A DNA stretch of 54,613 bases from a virus. Lineage: Duplodnaviria; Caudoviricetes. The notes below the pieces were generated by a model that was given only the letters and a program-made list of their open reading frames with translations, did not search any database and was not told where the DNA came from. Below, one piece after another: positions 9,721 to 19,000 of this stretch. Made by a program: the position numbers and the translations under genes. Numbering within the stretch: position 1 is the first letter of the stretch; every line of letters starts with the position of its first letter. The stretch lies in IMG/VR virus record IMGVR_UViG_3300045973_000110, positions 1 through 54,613 of that record, one strand, 5' to 3'.

Positions 9721-10765
9721 CAACCTACAGGCATCAGTAAACAACAACAGCACATACAAAAAGACACCAACAGAATACTATTCAGATTTATACCAGAGTA
9801 AGTTAGATGAAGACTGGGAATACTATGCCAACGTCTATGACGTTGAAATCGAAGAGCCATATGGCTCTCAAATATATATCCCATTTCGTTTACGTATTAG
9901 TGATGTGACGACTAGTACGTTCGGATTTGAATTTGGAGATGACTATAAATCTTTATCTTTCGCGAGTCGCGACCAGAATTATGGACTGGGAACGATGTAT
10001 CGCTTTAGTAATAATTATTGGTTGACCACAAATCCCGAAATTATCAAACAAGTCGCAAACTCAGTTACCGTGCAACGCTGTAATAACGTCTTTAGATGGA
10101 TTGACCCAGATACTGGCGAACTCTACGAAGAACCTGTTTCTATTTACAACAAAATGCTTGGTAATACAAGTGCAGATAAAATGTATTTAACACTTCCAGC
10201 GGGCTATGAGCGTATCTATGTACAACGCAATGAAAGAACCATAAAAATAAAGCCTAATCAACGCTTTATGGTGGGGAATTCAAGCTTCTGGAATGTTTTC
10301 CGTATTTCTGGTGGAGGCATCACTAACTTTTTAAATCAAGAAACAAGCGATAACGAGGGAAACTCTTTAATTGTATTCACTGCAACTATTGACTATGTGA
10401 ATTATGCCACTGACGATGTTGTCAATGGAATCGCTGATGTACGAGTCGCTGACGGCTCACCTCAAAGTGCCCCAATACCAGTAGTCGGTTCTACATACAT
10501 TAAATTATTACCAGAACTGAACGAAGTAAAACAGGGAAATACCCAGGTATTTACTGCTAGCTTATATGTTGCGGATGTATTAACTCCCGCCACATTTACG
10601 TTTACGTACACTGGTGTTGAACCTAAATACTATACTCTTACAGTAATTAATTCTACATCGTTCTCGATTAAGAATAATTACATGTACATGAAAAGTCCTA
10701 TCAAAGTTACGTGTACTTGTACTACAAAGACAATGACATTTGACATTTGGTTGGCGGGGTGGTAA
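9701..10765 (+). CDS. Putative head-closure/neck protein with Ig-like C-terminus
   Basis: Synteny and beta-rich C-terminal domain. Confidence 0.5.
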   Translation: MVNKKLSNLQASVNNNSTYKKTPTEYYSDLYQSKLDEDWEYYANVYDVEIEEPYGSQIYIPFRLRISDVTTSTFGFEFGDDYKSLSFASRDQNYGLGTMYRFSNNYWLTTNPEIIKQVANSVTVQRCNNVFRWIDPDTGELYEEPVSIYNKMLGNTSADKMYLTLPAGYERIYVQRNERTIKIKPNQRFMVGNSSFWNVFRISGGGITNFLNQETSDNEGNSLIVFTATIDYVNYATDDVVNGIADVRVADGSPQSAPIPVVGSTYIKLLPELNEVKQGNTQVFTASLYVADVLTPATFTFTYTGVEPKYYTLTVINSTSFSIKNNYMYMKSPIKVTCTCTTKTMTFDIWLAGW

Positions 10766-10768
10766 TCT

Positions 10769-11356
10769 ATGCAACTAGACGATTTCGCCAATACAGACGC
10801 TGTTTTCAATCCTACGTTTAATACATTTGAAACTCTTCCACTAGTTGGGTATTTATGCGTTATGCATTTGGTTGACAACAATGAATTGATTTGGAAATTA
10901 CTTAAATACAACGAATCTGATGCTTGGAAGCAAACGAATTTAACAAGAAGCGAAAAGCTTGCGTTACTTTTTAACGGTGTCGGAAATCAGAATGATTTTC
11001 GTGTATTTATAGACGATGGTCAAATTGATGTTTGGACACAACAAGCATGTGTTCTTCGTATTTTTCCAATTGAAATATTTCCAGAGAATCAAGTTATGGC
11101 AGACCTTTATATTGCATTTCAAGTACTTTCGTACTATGAAATAAACCATCTCACAAATTACCAAACAAGGATTGACACAATGATTGCCGAGATTGCTAAA
11201 ACCTTTAATGGTACTGTTATTGATGGTGTTGGTATGTTGTCATTTGACAGAAGTGCGTTCCCAAGATGTAAGATGGCTCAATACGGAATCAAACCATTTA
11301 CTGGTAAGATGATTGTTATGGGTTTGAGTTACGCAACGGACGTGAAGAATGTTTAA
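10769..11356 (+). CDS. Putative tail terminator/completion protein
   Basis: Synteny upstream of the tail tube gene, 195 aa. Confidence 0.45.
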   Translation: MQLDDFANTDAVFNPTFNTFETLPLVGYLCVMHLVDNNELIWKLLKYNESDAWKQTNLTRSEKLALLFNGVGNQNDFRVFIDDGQIDVWTQQACVLRIFPIEIFPENQVMADLYIAFQVLSYYEINHLTNYQTRIDTMIAEIAKTFNGTVIDGVGMLSFDRSAFPRCKMAQYGIKPFTGKMIVMGLSYATDVKNV

Positions 11357-12095
11357 TATCAAAGAGTACCAACGCTATCTAGAGTGCGATGAGCCTATAC
11401 CGTATAAGACATTATTCGTTTATCCAGTTAATATGAGGAATTATTACGAGTTTTTAGAAGCTGTTATGTGCTTATCGATAGATAAAGATGCAATGGGTCC
11501 AGATGTGGCAGCAATGTCATATTTAGATTTCTTAGCAAGTCTTTATGTTTCAGAGGAATATGGAGAAAGTATTAAGAAAAAATTTAATACTATTTGTAAA
11601 CTATGTCTTCAGTTAGAACTTAATAGCTTTTATTTTGGTATTGACGATGACGAACAGATAGTTTTTTGCGTTGGGAAGCATACATTTAAGAAACGTGAAT
11701 TTGACGAATTGTGCAAGATTATTTTACATCAAAATTTTCCAGATTATGATGATACATACATTGACCCAGAATTAGCAAAAGCACTTGAGGAAGAGAGGGA
11801 ATTACGCTCTCGTAAATCAGGTAAGCCAAGCTTTGACGATGAAATTAATGCTATGTGTGTTTTGACTGGTTTTACTTTTGAATATATTTATTCTATGCCT
11901 ATTCGTAGATTCTTTTTAGTATTAGGTAAAGCTATTTTAAAAATGGAATACCAAATGGCGCGTACTGCCGAAATGTCTGGGATGGTTAAATTTGAATCCC
12001 CGATTAAAGACTGGATACCTAGCGAAAAGAAAAATTTCTTAGTTGAACGCTCTGGTCAATACGACGAGGTCAAAAAGAAAATAGGAACAAAGTAA
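11349..12095 (+). CDS. Putative tail assembly chaperone-like protein
   Basis: C-terminal pattern TGFTFEYIYSMPIRRF resembles tail chaperones. Adjacent to the tube gene. Confidence 0.4.
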   Translation: MFNIKEYQRYLECDEPIPYKTLFVYPVNMRNYYEFLEAVMCLSIDKDAMGPDVAAMSYLDFLASLYVSEEYGESIKKKFNTICKLCLQLELNSFYFGIDDDEQIVFCVGKHTFKKREFDELCKIILHQNFPDYDDTYIDPELAKALEEERELRSRKSGKPSFDDEINAMCVLTGFTFEYIYSMPIRRFFLVLGKAILKMEYQMARTAEMSGMVKFESPIKDWIPSEKKNFLVERSGQYDEVKKKIGTK

Positions 12096-12114
12096 TAAAA
12101 ATTGGAGGGCAAAT

Positions 12115-13140
12115 ATGCAATATTTTATCGCAGGACCTGCGGTTGTCAACATGTTTTATGGGGGCAACCTGGTATCAACTTCCAAGACTCTTATCAACAA
12201 CTCTTTAGCTGTTGAGGTTTCTTCGGAAGATATCCGTGGTGGATTCGGACACCAATTATTTGGTAAGTATTTCCACACGTCTGCTTTGTCTATGGAATTG
12301 GAAGACAGCATGTGGCATTTGGATTGGCTTGCTATGGCATTGGGTTCGGACATCGCTTATGGTGCCGACGTTATGCAAGGCGAAGAGCTGATTCTTAGTG
12401 CTGGCGGTGCTGGCACCTTAGTTGGAACTCCTGCCGATGGCAAAGTCTATATTACAATTAAAGGGACAGAAGTTTATTCTCCGTTTGACGTAACTGGTCA
12501 GGCGTTTACTGCGACTTCTGGGTTCTTCAGCAAAACTGTATGCGCTCGTTACATCGCTACCGACGCAGCCGCTCGTTATATTCGCGTTAGTGCGAATATC
12601 GTACCTAAAGAAGTTAAGTTAATTGCTCGTTGCCAATTATTTAATGGCTCGGCTTCCGATGGAACATCAGCGACACGCGTCGGTTATGTTGACATCGTTA
12701 TTCCGCGTTTCTTACTTGATGGCGCCACGACTTTATCTTTGACGTCAACTGGTGCTGCTACTACCCCGTTGAAAGGTACTGCTTTGGCTGTACCTAGTGC
12801 GGAATGCGATGATGCGTCTGGATACTATGCTGAAATTATCGAAATTCTCGATACGACTAGCTGGTTTGACAATGCGTTTGCGCTGGTTGTACCTGGTGGC
12901 ACCGTTGATATCGACATGCCTGCTACCGCCACTTTGGCTATTAATGCCTATATGAATGGCGGCGGGTATATTCGTGTTACGAATACCGACTTAACGTTTA
13001 CATCTCTTGACACCGCTATCTGTACTGTTAGCTCCGCTGGATTGGTTACTGGTATTGGTGCTGGCTCCACGGCGATTGAATTTGTATCAAAAGACAATGC
13101 AGCGCTTGTTGGCTCTGTTCTTGTTGACGTAGTTATCTAA
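12115..13140 (+). CDS. Major tail tube protein with C-terminal Ig-like (Big_2) domain
   Basis: GGAGG RBS. C-terminal motif TFTSLDTAICTVSSAGLVTGIGAGSTAI. Followed by a terminator. Confidence 0.75.
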   Translation: MQYFIAGPAVVNMFYGGNLVSTSKTLINNSLAVEVSSEDIRGGFGHQLFGKYFHTSALSMELEDSMWHLDWLAMALGSDIAYGADVMQGEELILSAGGAGTLVGTPADGKVYITIKGTEVYSPFDVTGQAFTATSGFFSKTVCARYIATDAAARYIRVSANIVPKEVKLIARCQLFNGSASDGTSATRVGYVDIVIPRFLLDGATTLSLTSTGAATTPLKGTALAVPSAECDDASGYYAEIIEILDTTSWFDNAFALVVPGGTVDIDMPATATLAINAYMNGGGYIRVTNTDLTFTSLDTAICTVSSAGLVTGIGAGSTAIEFVSKDNAALVGSVLVDVVI

Positions 13141-13146
13141 AAAATT

Positions 13147-13182
13147 AGGATAGGGTTCCCAACGGGGCTCTATCCTTTTTTT
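13147..13182 (+). terminator. Intrinsic terminator after the tail tube gene
   Basis: AGGATAGGGTTCC-caac-GGGGCTCTATCCT followed by a T6 tract. Confidence 0.85.
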
Positions 13183-13192
13183 GCTTATACAT

Positions 13193-13378
13193 ATGCAAGA
13201 CAAAATTAACACTAGAATCTGTGGGGTTATCTGTAAAAATAAAAAACGACTTATTATTGATTTTGATGGAACATACGTGTCTATTAGAGTTAATTGTAAA
13301 ATTGTCGGTGACTTTGTAACAGTAGAATATATTGGTAATATTGCCGACAATACTTTTAAGATTGTTAGCGCCTACTGA
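13193..13378 (+). CDS. Small hypothetical OB-fold-like protein
   Basis: Fills the gap after the terminator, beta-rich. No strong RBS. Confidence 0.35.
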   Translation: MQDKINTRICGVICKNKKRLIIDFDGTYVSIRVNCKIVGDFVTVEYIGNIADNTFKIVSAY

Positions 13379-13414
13379 TAATGACATGAAGTATCAAGAA
13401 AGCGGAGATTAGAT

Positions 13415-13774
13415 ATGGAAAGTGCGTTCCAATTTTTGATTGAGAACCTATGGGGTGCTTTAACTAGTATTCTCATAGGCGTTGCTATATATATTATTAA
13501 AAAAAAATTAGATAAAATGGAAGTGGATAACATTGAGCGAACTCGATTTATTAATGCAATCGCATTCGGTTCGGTGGTTAGTTTGCGCAAGCAAATACAC
13601 GACATATATAAACGTACCATCTCAGATGGTTTTATATTGCCAGATGATTATGATTTAGTTTGTGATATGTTTGAAGCATATACACAATTGGGCGGGAATC
13701 ATGGCGTTTCAAAAATGATGGACGAGATTAAAATTTACCCGTCGTCACCGCTTGTCGACAAAAAAGAAGAATAG
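13415..13774 (+). CDS. Holin-like membrane protein
   Basis: N-terminal TM helix and C-terminal YTQLGGNH motif common in phage holin-like proteins. Confidence 0.5.
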   Translation: MESAFQFLIENLWGALTSILIGVAIYIIKKKLDKMEVDNIERTRFINAIAFGSVVSLRKQIHDIYKRTISDGFILPDDYDLVCDMFEAYTQLGGNHGVSKMMDEIKIYPSSPLVDKKEE

Positions 13775-13780
13775 ATTATC

Positions 13781-13815
13781 AGAGTATACTGCCAACGCGG
13801 TATACTCTTAATTTT
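13781..13815 (+). terminator. Hairpin, probable terminator upstream of the recombinase
   Basis: AGAGTATACTGC-caac-GCGGTATACTCT followed by taatttt. Confidence 0.55.
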
Positions 13816-13858
13816 GCCTATTAAACGCAATAAGCGTTTTAAGATAAAAGGAGATACA

Positions 13859-14863
13859 ATGGGAAAAACAAAAGATGTTGAGGAATTAGTCAAAGGCTAT
13901 TGGGAGAGTTCGAGCCAATTTAATAAAGAGAGGGCGCGTGAATTCTTAGAACAGTCTACGCATTTATCGCCGAAATCTCGTGTACAATACGAGTCGGCTT
14001 TAAAAATTTACATTGCCTACATTAATAAGTTCTGTAGGAACAGAGAACTTGTTGACTTAAAGCCCATTGACCTTTTGAAATACCAGAACTGGCTATTAAA
14101 GGCTGGGATGTGCTCTGCTGCAATCAAAATGAAAAGAAGCGCTATAAGCGCAATTAATGATTATATTATTTTATATTATGGTGACGAATTTCCAGGTTTT
14201 AGGAATTATGTAACGCGCGGTGTTAAAGTTCCAGAGACTGGTGTTGTCACTGTGAAAGACCCGCTAACTGATAATGAATACCAAAGACTATGTGATTATT
14301 TGGAAGACCACCAAGAGTGGCAAAAGCTCGCATATGTTAAATTCGCATATAGTTCGGGTGCACGAAAAAATGAATGCAGGCAGTTAAATAAAGATATTAT
14401 TAACTTCCCGCCAGTCTCAAAAGAGGTAGTCGTCAGTGATGAAAACGGTAATAAAAGTACTGTTTTAATTAAAAAGTATAAGACGAATTTAATTAAGTGT
14501 AAAGGGAAACAACAAGACCCCATGCGCAGGCTTTCGTTTGATGAGGACGCTATGTTCTATATCCAACGGTGGCTATCTGTGCGTGGCGAAGATGAATGCC
14601 CGTATGTTTTTGTATCAATTAATTCGCACGAACCAAGACAAGTGAGTGAATCGCTATTTAACACTTGGTGTGATGAATTCAGTAAAATTATTAATAAGCG
14701 CGTACACCCGCATCTATTTAGGTCGAGTCGCGCCACGAACCTTTCTATCTCTGGTAAGAGCTTGGAATCAATTCGAAATTTATTAGGTCACAAATCATCT
14801 GAAACAACGAGACTATATATTGTTAAGGATGATGAGGACGAGGAAGACGAAGCTTTCGTCTAA
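13859..14863 (+). CDS. Tyrosine recombinase (XerC/D-like, phage integrase family)
   Basis: AAGGAG RBS. Catalytic set intact: SGAR, HPHLFR, LLGH, TRLY. SAM-like N-terminal domain. Confidence 0.92.
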   Translation: MGKTKDVEELVKGYWESSSQFNKERAREFLEQSTHLSPKSRVQYESALKIYIAYINKFCRNRELVDLKPIDLLKYQNWLLKAGMCSAAIKMKRSAISAINDYIILYYGDEFPGFRNYVTRGVKVPETGVVTVKDPLTDNEYQRLCDYLEDHQEWQKLAYVKFAYSSGARKNECRQLNKDIINFPPVSKEVVVSDENGNKSTVLIKKYKTNLIKCKGKQQDPMRRLSFDEDAMFYIQRWLSVRGEDECPYVFVSINSHEPRQVSESLFNTWCDEFSKIINKRVHPHLFRSSRATNLSISGKSLESIRNLLGHKSSETTRLYIVKDDEDEEDEAFV

Positions 14864-14873
14864 GGGGAAAAAT

Positions 14874-15380
14874 ATGAATCAAATACTTGTAATTATTAAA
14901 CAATGTCAGGATGTTATCTCTGGGGAAGTCTCCAGGGAAGATTTCGCCGAATTTTTATCAACAATCGCTATTAGACATACGCTTGGGTTACACGAAATGT
15001 TTTTATTAACATATTCTATTAATATTTTTGTATTAGCTGCAAATTCAGAAGACAAAGAATATGACCATTATGCGTTAGACGTTGAAATACGCTCTGAATT
15101 AGAATATTTAGCCCTAAAACTTGGGGAAACGTTTGACGAAAGTATGTTTGAGATTGGTACATATGATATGTTTGAACAAAGTGGGCTGCTTGAATTTGTT
15201 GCTGGAGAAAATCCGAGACAATACCAAAAGTATAAAGAACTCGTTGCAACTGCTGTTAATTTAAATGCCGTTGCAATGATTGGTCAGTTAGCTGACAAAC
15301 TCGGTATATCTACTGTTAAATTAGTAGACATGGGGAATAACCCAGAATTCTTAGAGGCTATTAAGAGAATAGAAAAATAA
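14874..15380 (+). CDS. Hypothetical protein
   Basis: AAGGGG RBS before ATG 14874, 168 aa. Confidence 0.6.
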   Translation: MNQILVIIKQCQDVISGEVSREDFAEFLSTIAIRHTLGLHEMFLLTYSINIFVLAANSEDKEYDHYALDVEIRSELEYLALKLGETFDESMFEIGTYDMFEQSGLLEFVAGENPRQYQKYKELVATAVNLNAVAMIGQLADKLGISTVKLVDMGNNPEFLEAIKRIEK

Positions 15381-15399
15381 AAAATAAGGCGGTGATACC

Positions 15400-16059
15400 A
15401 TGGCGAGAGCAAAAAATGTTCCAACTAATAAACAAAGGTTATATACAAAAAGAAATGCTGCTAAAATACAAGACATGGTTAGAGAAGTTGCACTGCATAA
15501 AGCTAAGGGTATCACGTCATATTTAGCCGAAGAGACACTTAGACAATTAGAAACAAATATTAAAAGCTCTATCTATGGGAAGCCAAATAGAGGTGGGTAT
15601 GAACGTAGTAACGAATTCGCCAAAACCCCCAAACGCACCGCGGCTATGAAGACTAGCACAAATACATTTAAGGCTGAAATATTTTTTGATGATAGCGAGT
15701 TTACATCAAGTACGTCGGGTAGATGGTACCAACACGCCTCTATGTGGGGCTCTGATAATTGGGGATACGAACCCAAAGATGCAGTGGCGTTAGATGATTT
15801 TGTCATATGGATGGAACGTGGGTATAATTTTAAAAAAAAGAATGGCACGCGCATGAAGAGACCAGCTGGAAAGTTTATTGAAAAAACGGAAAAATGGTTA
15901 GCGTCTCGCCAAAGCCAATTAGCCACACGTATCCTTGCACAAAAAACGTTATCATTCTTAGAACGGTCAGATGTATCTATTAATTCAAACTTAGATGCTA
16001 GTATATCAGGGACAAGCAATCGTAAAAGTTATGGTAGCGAGGATGAATATGAAGAATAA
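15400..16059 (+). CDS. Basic protein, possibly an HK97 gp10-like tail completion protein
   Basis: Motifs IYGKPNRGGYERS and WMERG..RPAGKFIEKT. Lies upstream of the tape measure gene. Confidence 0.4.
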   Translation: MARAKNVPTNKQRLYTKRNAAKIQDMVREVALHKAKGITSYLAEETLRQLETNIKSSIYGKPNRGGYERSNEFAKTPKRTAAMKTSTNTFKAEIFFDDSEFTSSTSGRWYQHASMWGSDNWGYEPKDAVALDDFVIWMERGYNFKKKNGTRMKRPAGKFIEKTEKWLASRQSQLATRILAQKTLSFLERSDVSINSNLDASISGTSNRKSYGSEDEYEE

Positions 16060-16085
16060 TAAATTAAGAAAGCTGTGGTGATATA

Positions 16086-19000
16086 ATGAACAAACTTAAA
16101 TTAGAGGTCGGCTTTCAGGTTGCTGGTATCGAAGGTATACAAAAAATTACACAAGAGGCTCAGACTCTTATTAATAATTCAGATTTAAAGTTCCCAGGCA
16201 ATAGAAGTGAAAAAATGATTGTCACAGAAATTAAACATAGAGCGGTGTTAGTGCAAAAAGCTACAAAAGATGAGGCTGCATTATATAAACATATGTATGA
16301 TGTAATTGGTCAATATGGTAGTCAAACAGTTACTGCAAAAGTAGCCGCTATTAATCCGCAACCTGGAATTGGAAAAGAAAAAAACCAAATCGCTTATAAC
16401 TGGAAGGGTATCAGTGTCGACATCGCGAGCGCTTCAAAAGAATTAGAAAAATTTAGACAAAAAGGTGAATTAATTGCCTCTAAACTTTCTAAATCGGCTG
16501 GCAAGCCAAGTGAAACGAAAATGTTACAAGAAGAGTTTGCTAATACACAGAGGAAGATAGCAGAAATTGGCGCAAGAGCAGCTAAGACAACGCCCAAGGG
16601 AAAAAGTGACGTTGCAAAAAACGCAATAGCAGCTACCGCTGAATTAGATAGAGCATATGGTATCGCTATGGAAAATATTAATCGCGTTACAGAAAAAACG
16701 TTTAATAAATCCTTCGATACAATAGATAGAGCTTTAACAAAAGAAGCTAGGGCTGTTGCTGAATTTCAGGTTGCATCACAGTCTAACGTACCGAGGGATA
16801 ATAACCCCGCGCAGCTCGAAAACCTAAGAAAAATATCAGAACAAGCTAAAATAGAGGCTGATAACGTTATTAACACGGAGCAGAGAATGTGGGCTGATAT
16901 GCTCAAAAATGGTCAGATTGGCTCTGCAAAATATACTGAGATGATGGCTAAAACAGAAACAGACAGAGCTCGTATTAATGATGACCAGATGAAGCAAACA
17001 TCTGCGCGTGCTGCAATCTATCAAGAAAATGAATTTAAGAAAACATTGCAAGTTATTAATAAGAAAAAATTAGAAATAGACCAGGCGACCAAATCACTGA
17101 GTCAACTCGGTACAAAAAAAGACGAAACGTTAGATTACATAGCCAAGGCTAAAATACAATTAGACATTGCCGAACAAAACAAAAAACAACAAAAAGAAGT
17201 ATTGATTGCTGGTGGTAAACAAGTATTGGTTACTAGATTAGAGAATGAGGCTCAAGCCGACCTTAATGCTTCTACTGCAAAGTTTAATGCTCAGGGAAAA
17301 GGTCAAATTAATATTATTGACGACATCATGAGTGGTATGAAACAAGCTGCCGCGCGTGTAATTAACTATACCCTAGTTTACCGTTTACTATGGGGCGCAA
17401 TTGGAATGGGTAAAGAAGCCATTGCAATTATCAAAGAATTAAATAAATCTATGGCTGATATTCGGATGGTTACTGGTCAATCATTATCTTCCGCGACGGC
17501 ACTTATGAATACATATAGCCAAATGGGTATCGAACTCGGTGCAACAACTGGGGAAATTGCTAATTCTGCCGTAGAATTCTTAAGACAAGGTAAAACGATT
17601 TCAGAAACCAATCAGTTAATTAGACAGGCTATGATTTTATCTAAGGTTGGCGCTATTGAGTCTGCCGAAGCCACTGAGTATTTAACTTCGGTTATTAATG
17701 GTTATGAAATGTCTGTATCTGACGCTGGGCACGTCGTAGACGCGATGTCACAGGTTGACATTAAGGCGGCTACTAGTGTTAAAGAGTTAGCTATTGCATT
17801 ACAGCAATCAGCGAACTCAGCTAGAAACGCTGGCGTTGGATTCGATACATTATTGGGATATGTAGGCGCGGTCTCTGAAAGAACGCGTAAAAGTGCCGAA
17901 ACAATTGGTCAAGCATTCAAAACGATGTTCGCACGTATGCAAAATATTAAAGTTGGCAAATTTGTTGACGATGATACAAGCGAATCATTAAACGACGTAG
18001 AAAAAGTTTTGGGTAAGCTTGGTATTGCGCTTAGAACCGTAGATGGTCAATGGCGCGCATCGTCAAGCGTACTTGATGATTTAAATTCAAAATGGTCGGT
18101 ATTAACGCAAACAGAAAAGAACGCAGCTGCCGTCGCATTAGGCGGCGTTAGACAACGTGAAATCTTATTAGCATTAATGGACTCTTACGACAGAGCGATG
18201 GTATTAGAGGCTGAGGCTGTAAATTCTAGTGGTGCTGCCGCTAAGAAATATGCTTCATATCTGGATAGTATCGCTGCCAAACAAAACAAACTAAGAGCAA
18301 CTGCGGAAAAAATGATATTCTCAGATTTTACGCAAAGCGCATATGAATTAATTATGCTGGATATACCCCAAGCACTGTTAGATATCGCGAAATCATTTTG
18401 GATATTAGAGGGTGCTATTACATTCGGGGCGTTTTTTGGTGCCATTGAAATTATTAACAGATTAAAACTAGCGTTTATTGGATTACAAAAGATTATGGCT
18501 TTCTATTTAACAGCCAATGAATCTGTTGCTGTTGTTAAAGGGTTTGCTGATATGTATGACGCTGCTATGGCATTAGATGGCGCGGACCAAGTATTGCAAG
18601 CAACAAAACTCGGGAACGCTGCTGCTAATGAAGTGTATAATGCTACTCAGTTAAAAAGAATTTTACTCGATGCCAAGGTAGAAGAGAGCGTTATAACACA
18701 AATATTAGGGATGAAGGGGTTAACATATGCCACCGTAGAAAGCGCTACTGCTACTGGGTTTTTTACCCTTGCATTGAAAACTCTCGGTGCCGTTATTATG
18801 GCACATCCACTTATCTTCCTTGCAGTTGCTTTATTTGCGGTATTCCAGGCTTTTTCAGCGCTTGACGTAAGTATGGCTGAGCATGCCAAAAAAGTCGAAG
18901 ACTTAACTACTGCTATATCTGATTTAAACGCGGAATATGATAAGTTAGCCAAAAAAACGAACCCTACAGAATCAGATAAAATGTACATGGAAATTTTACA

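Noticed and set aside
13781-13808. lox/dif-like recombinase site upstream of the tyrosine recombinase
   Set aside because: Pairing extends through a G-U pair to a 4-nt loop and is followed by a T-rich tract, which fits an RNA terminator better. Not fully excluded.
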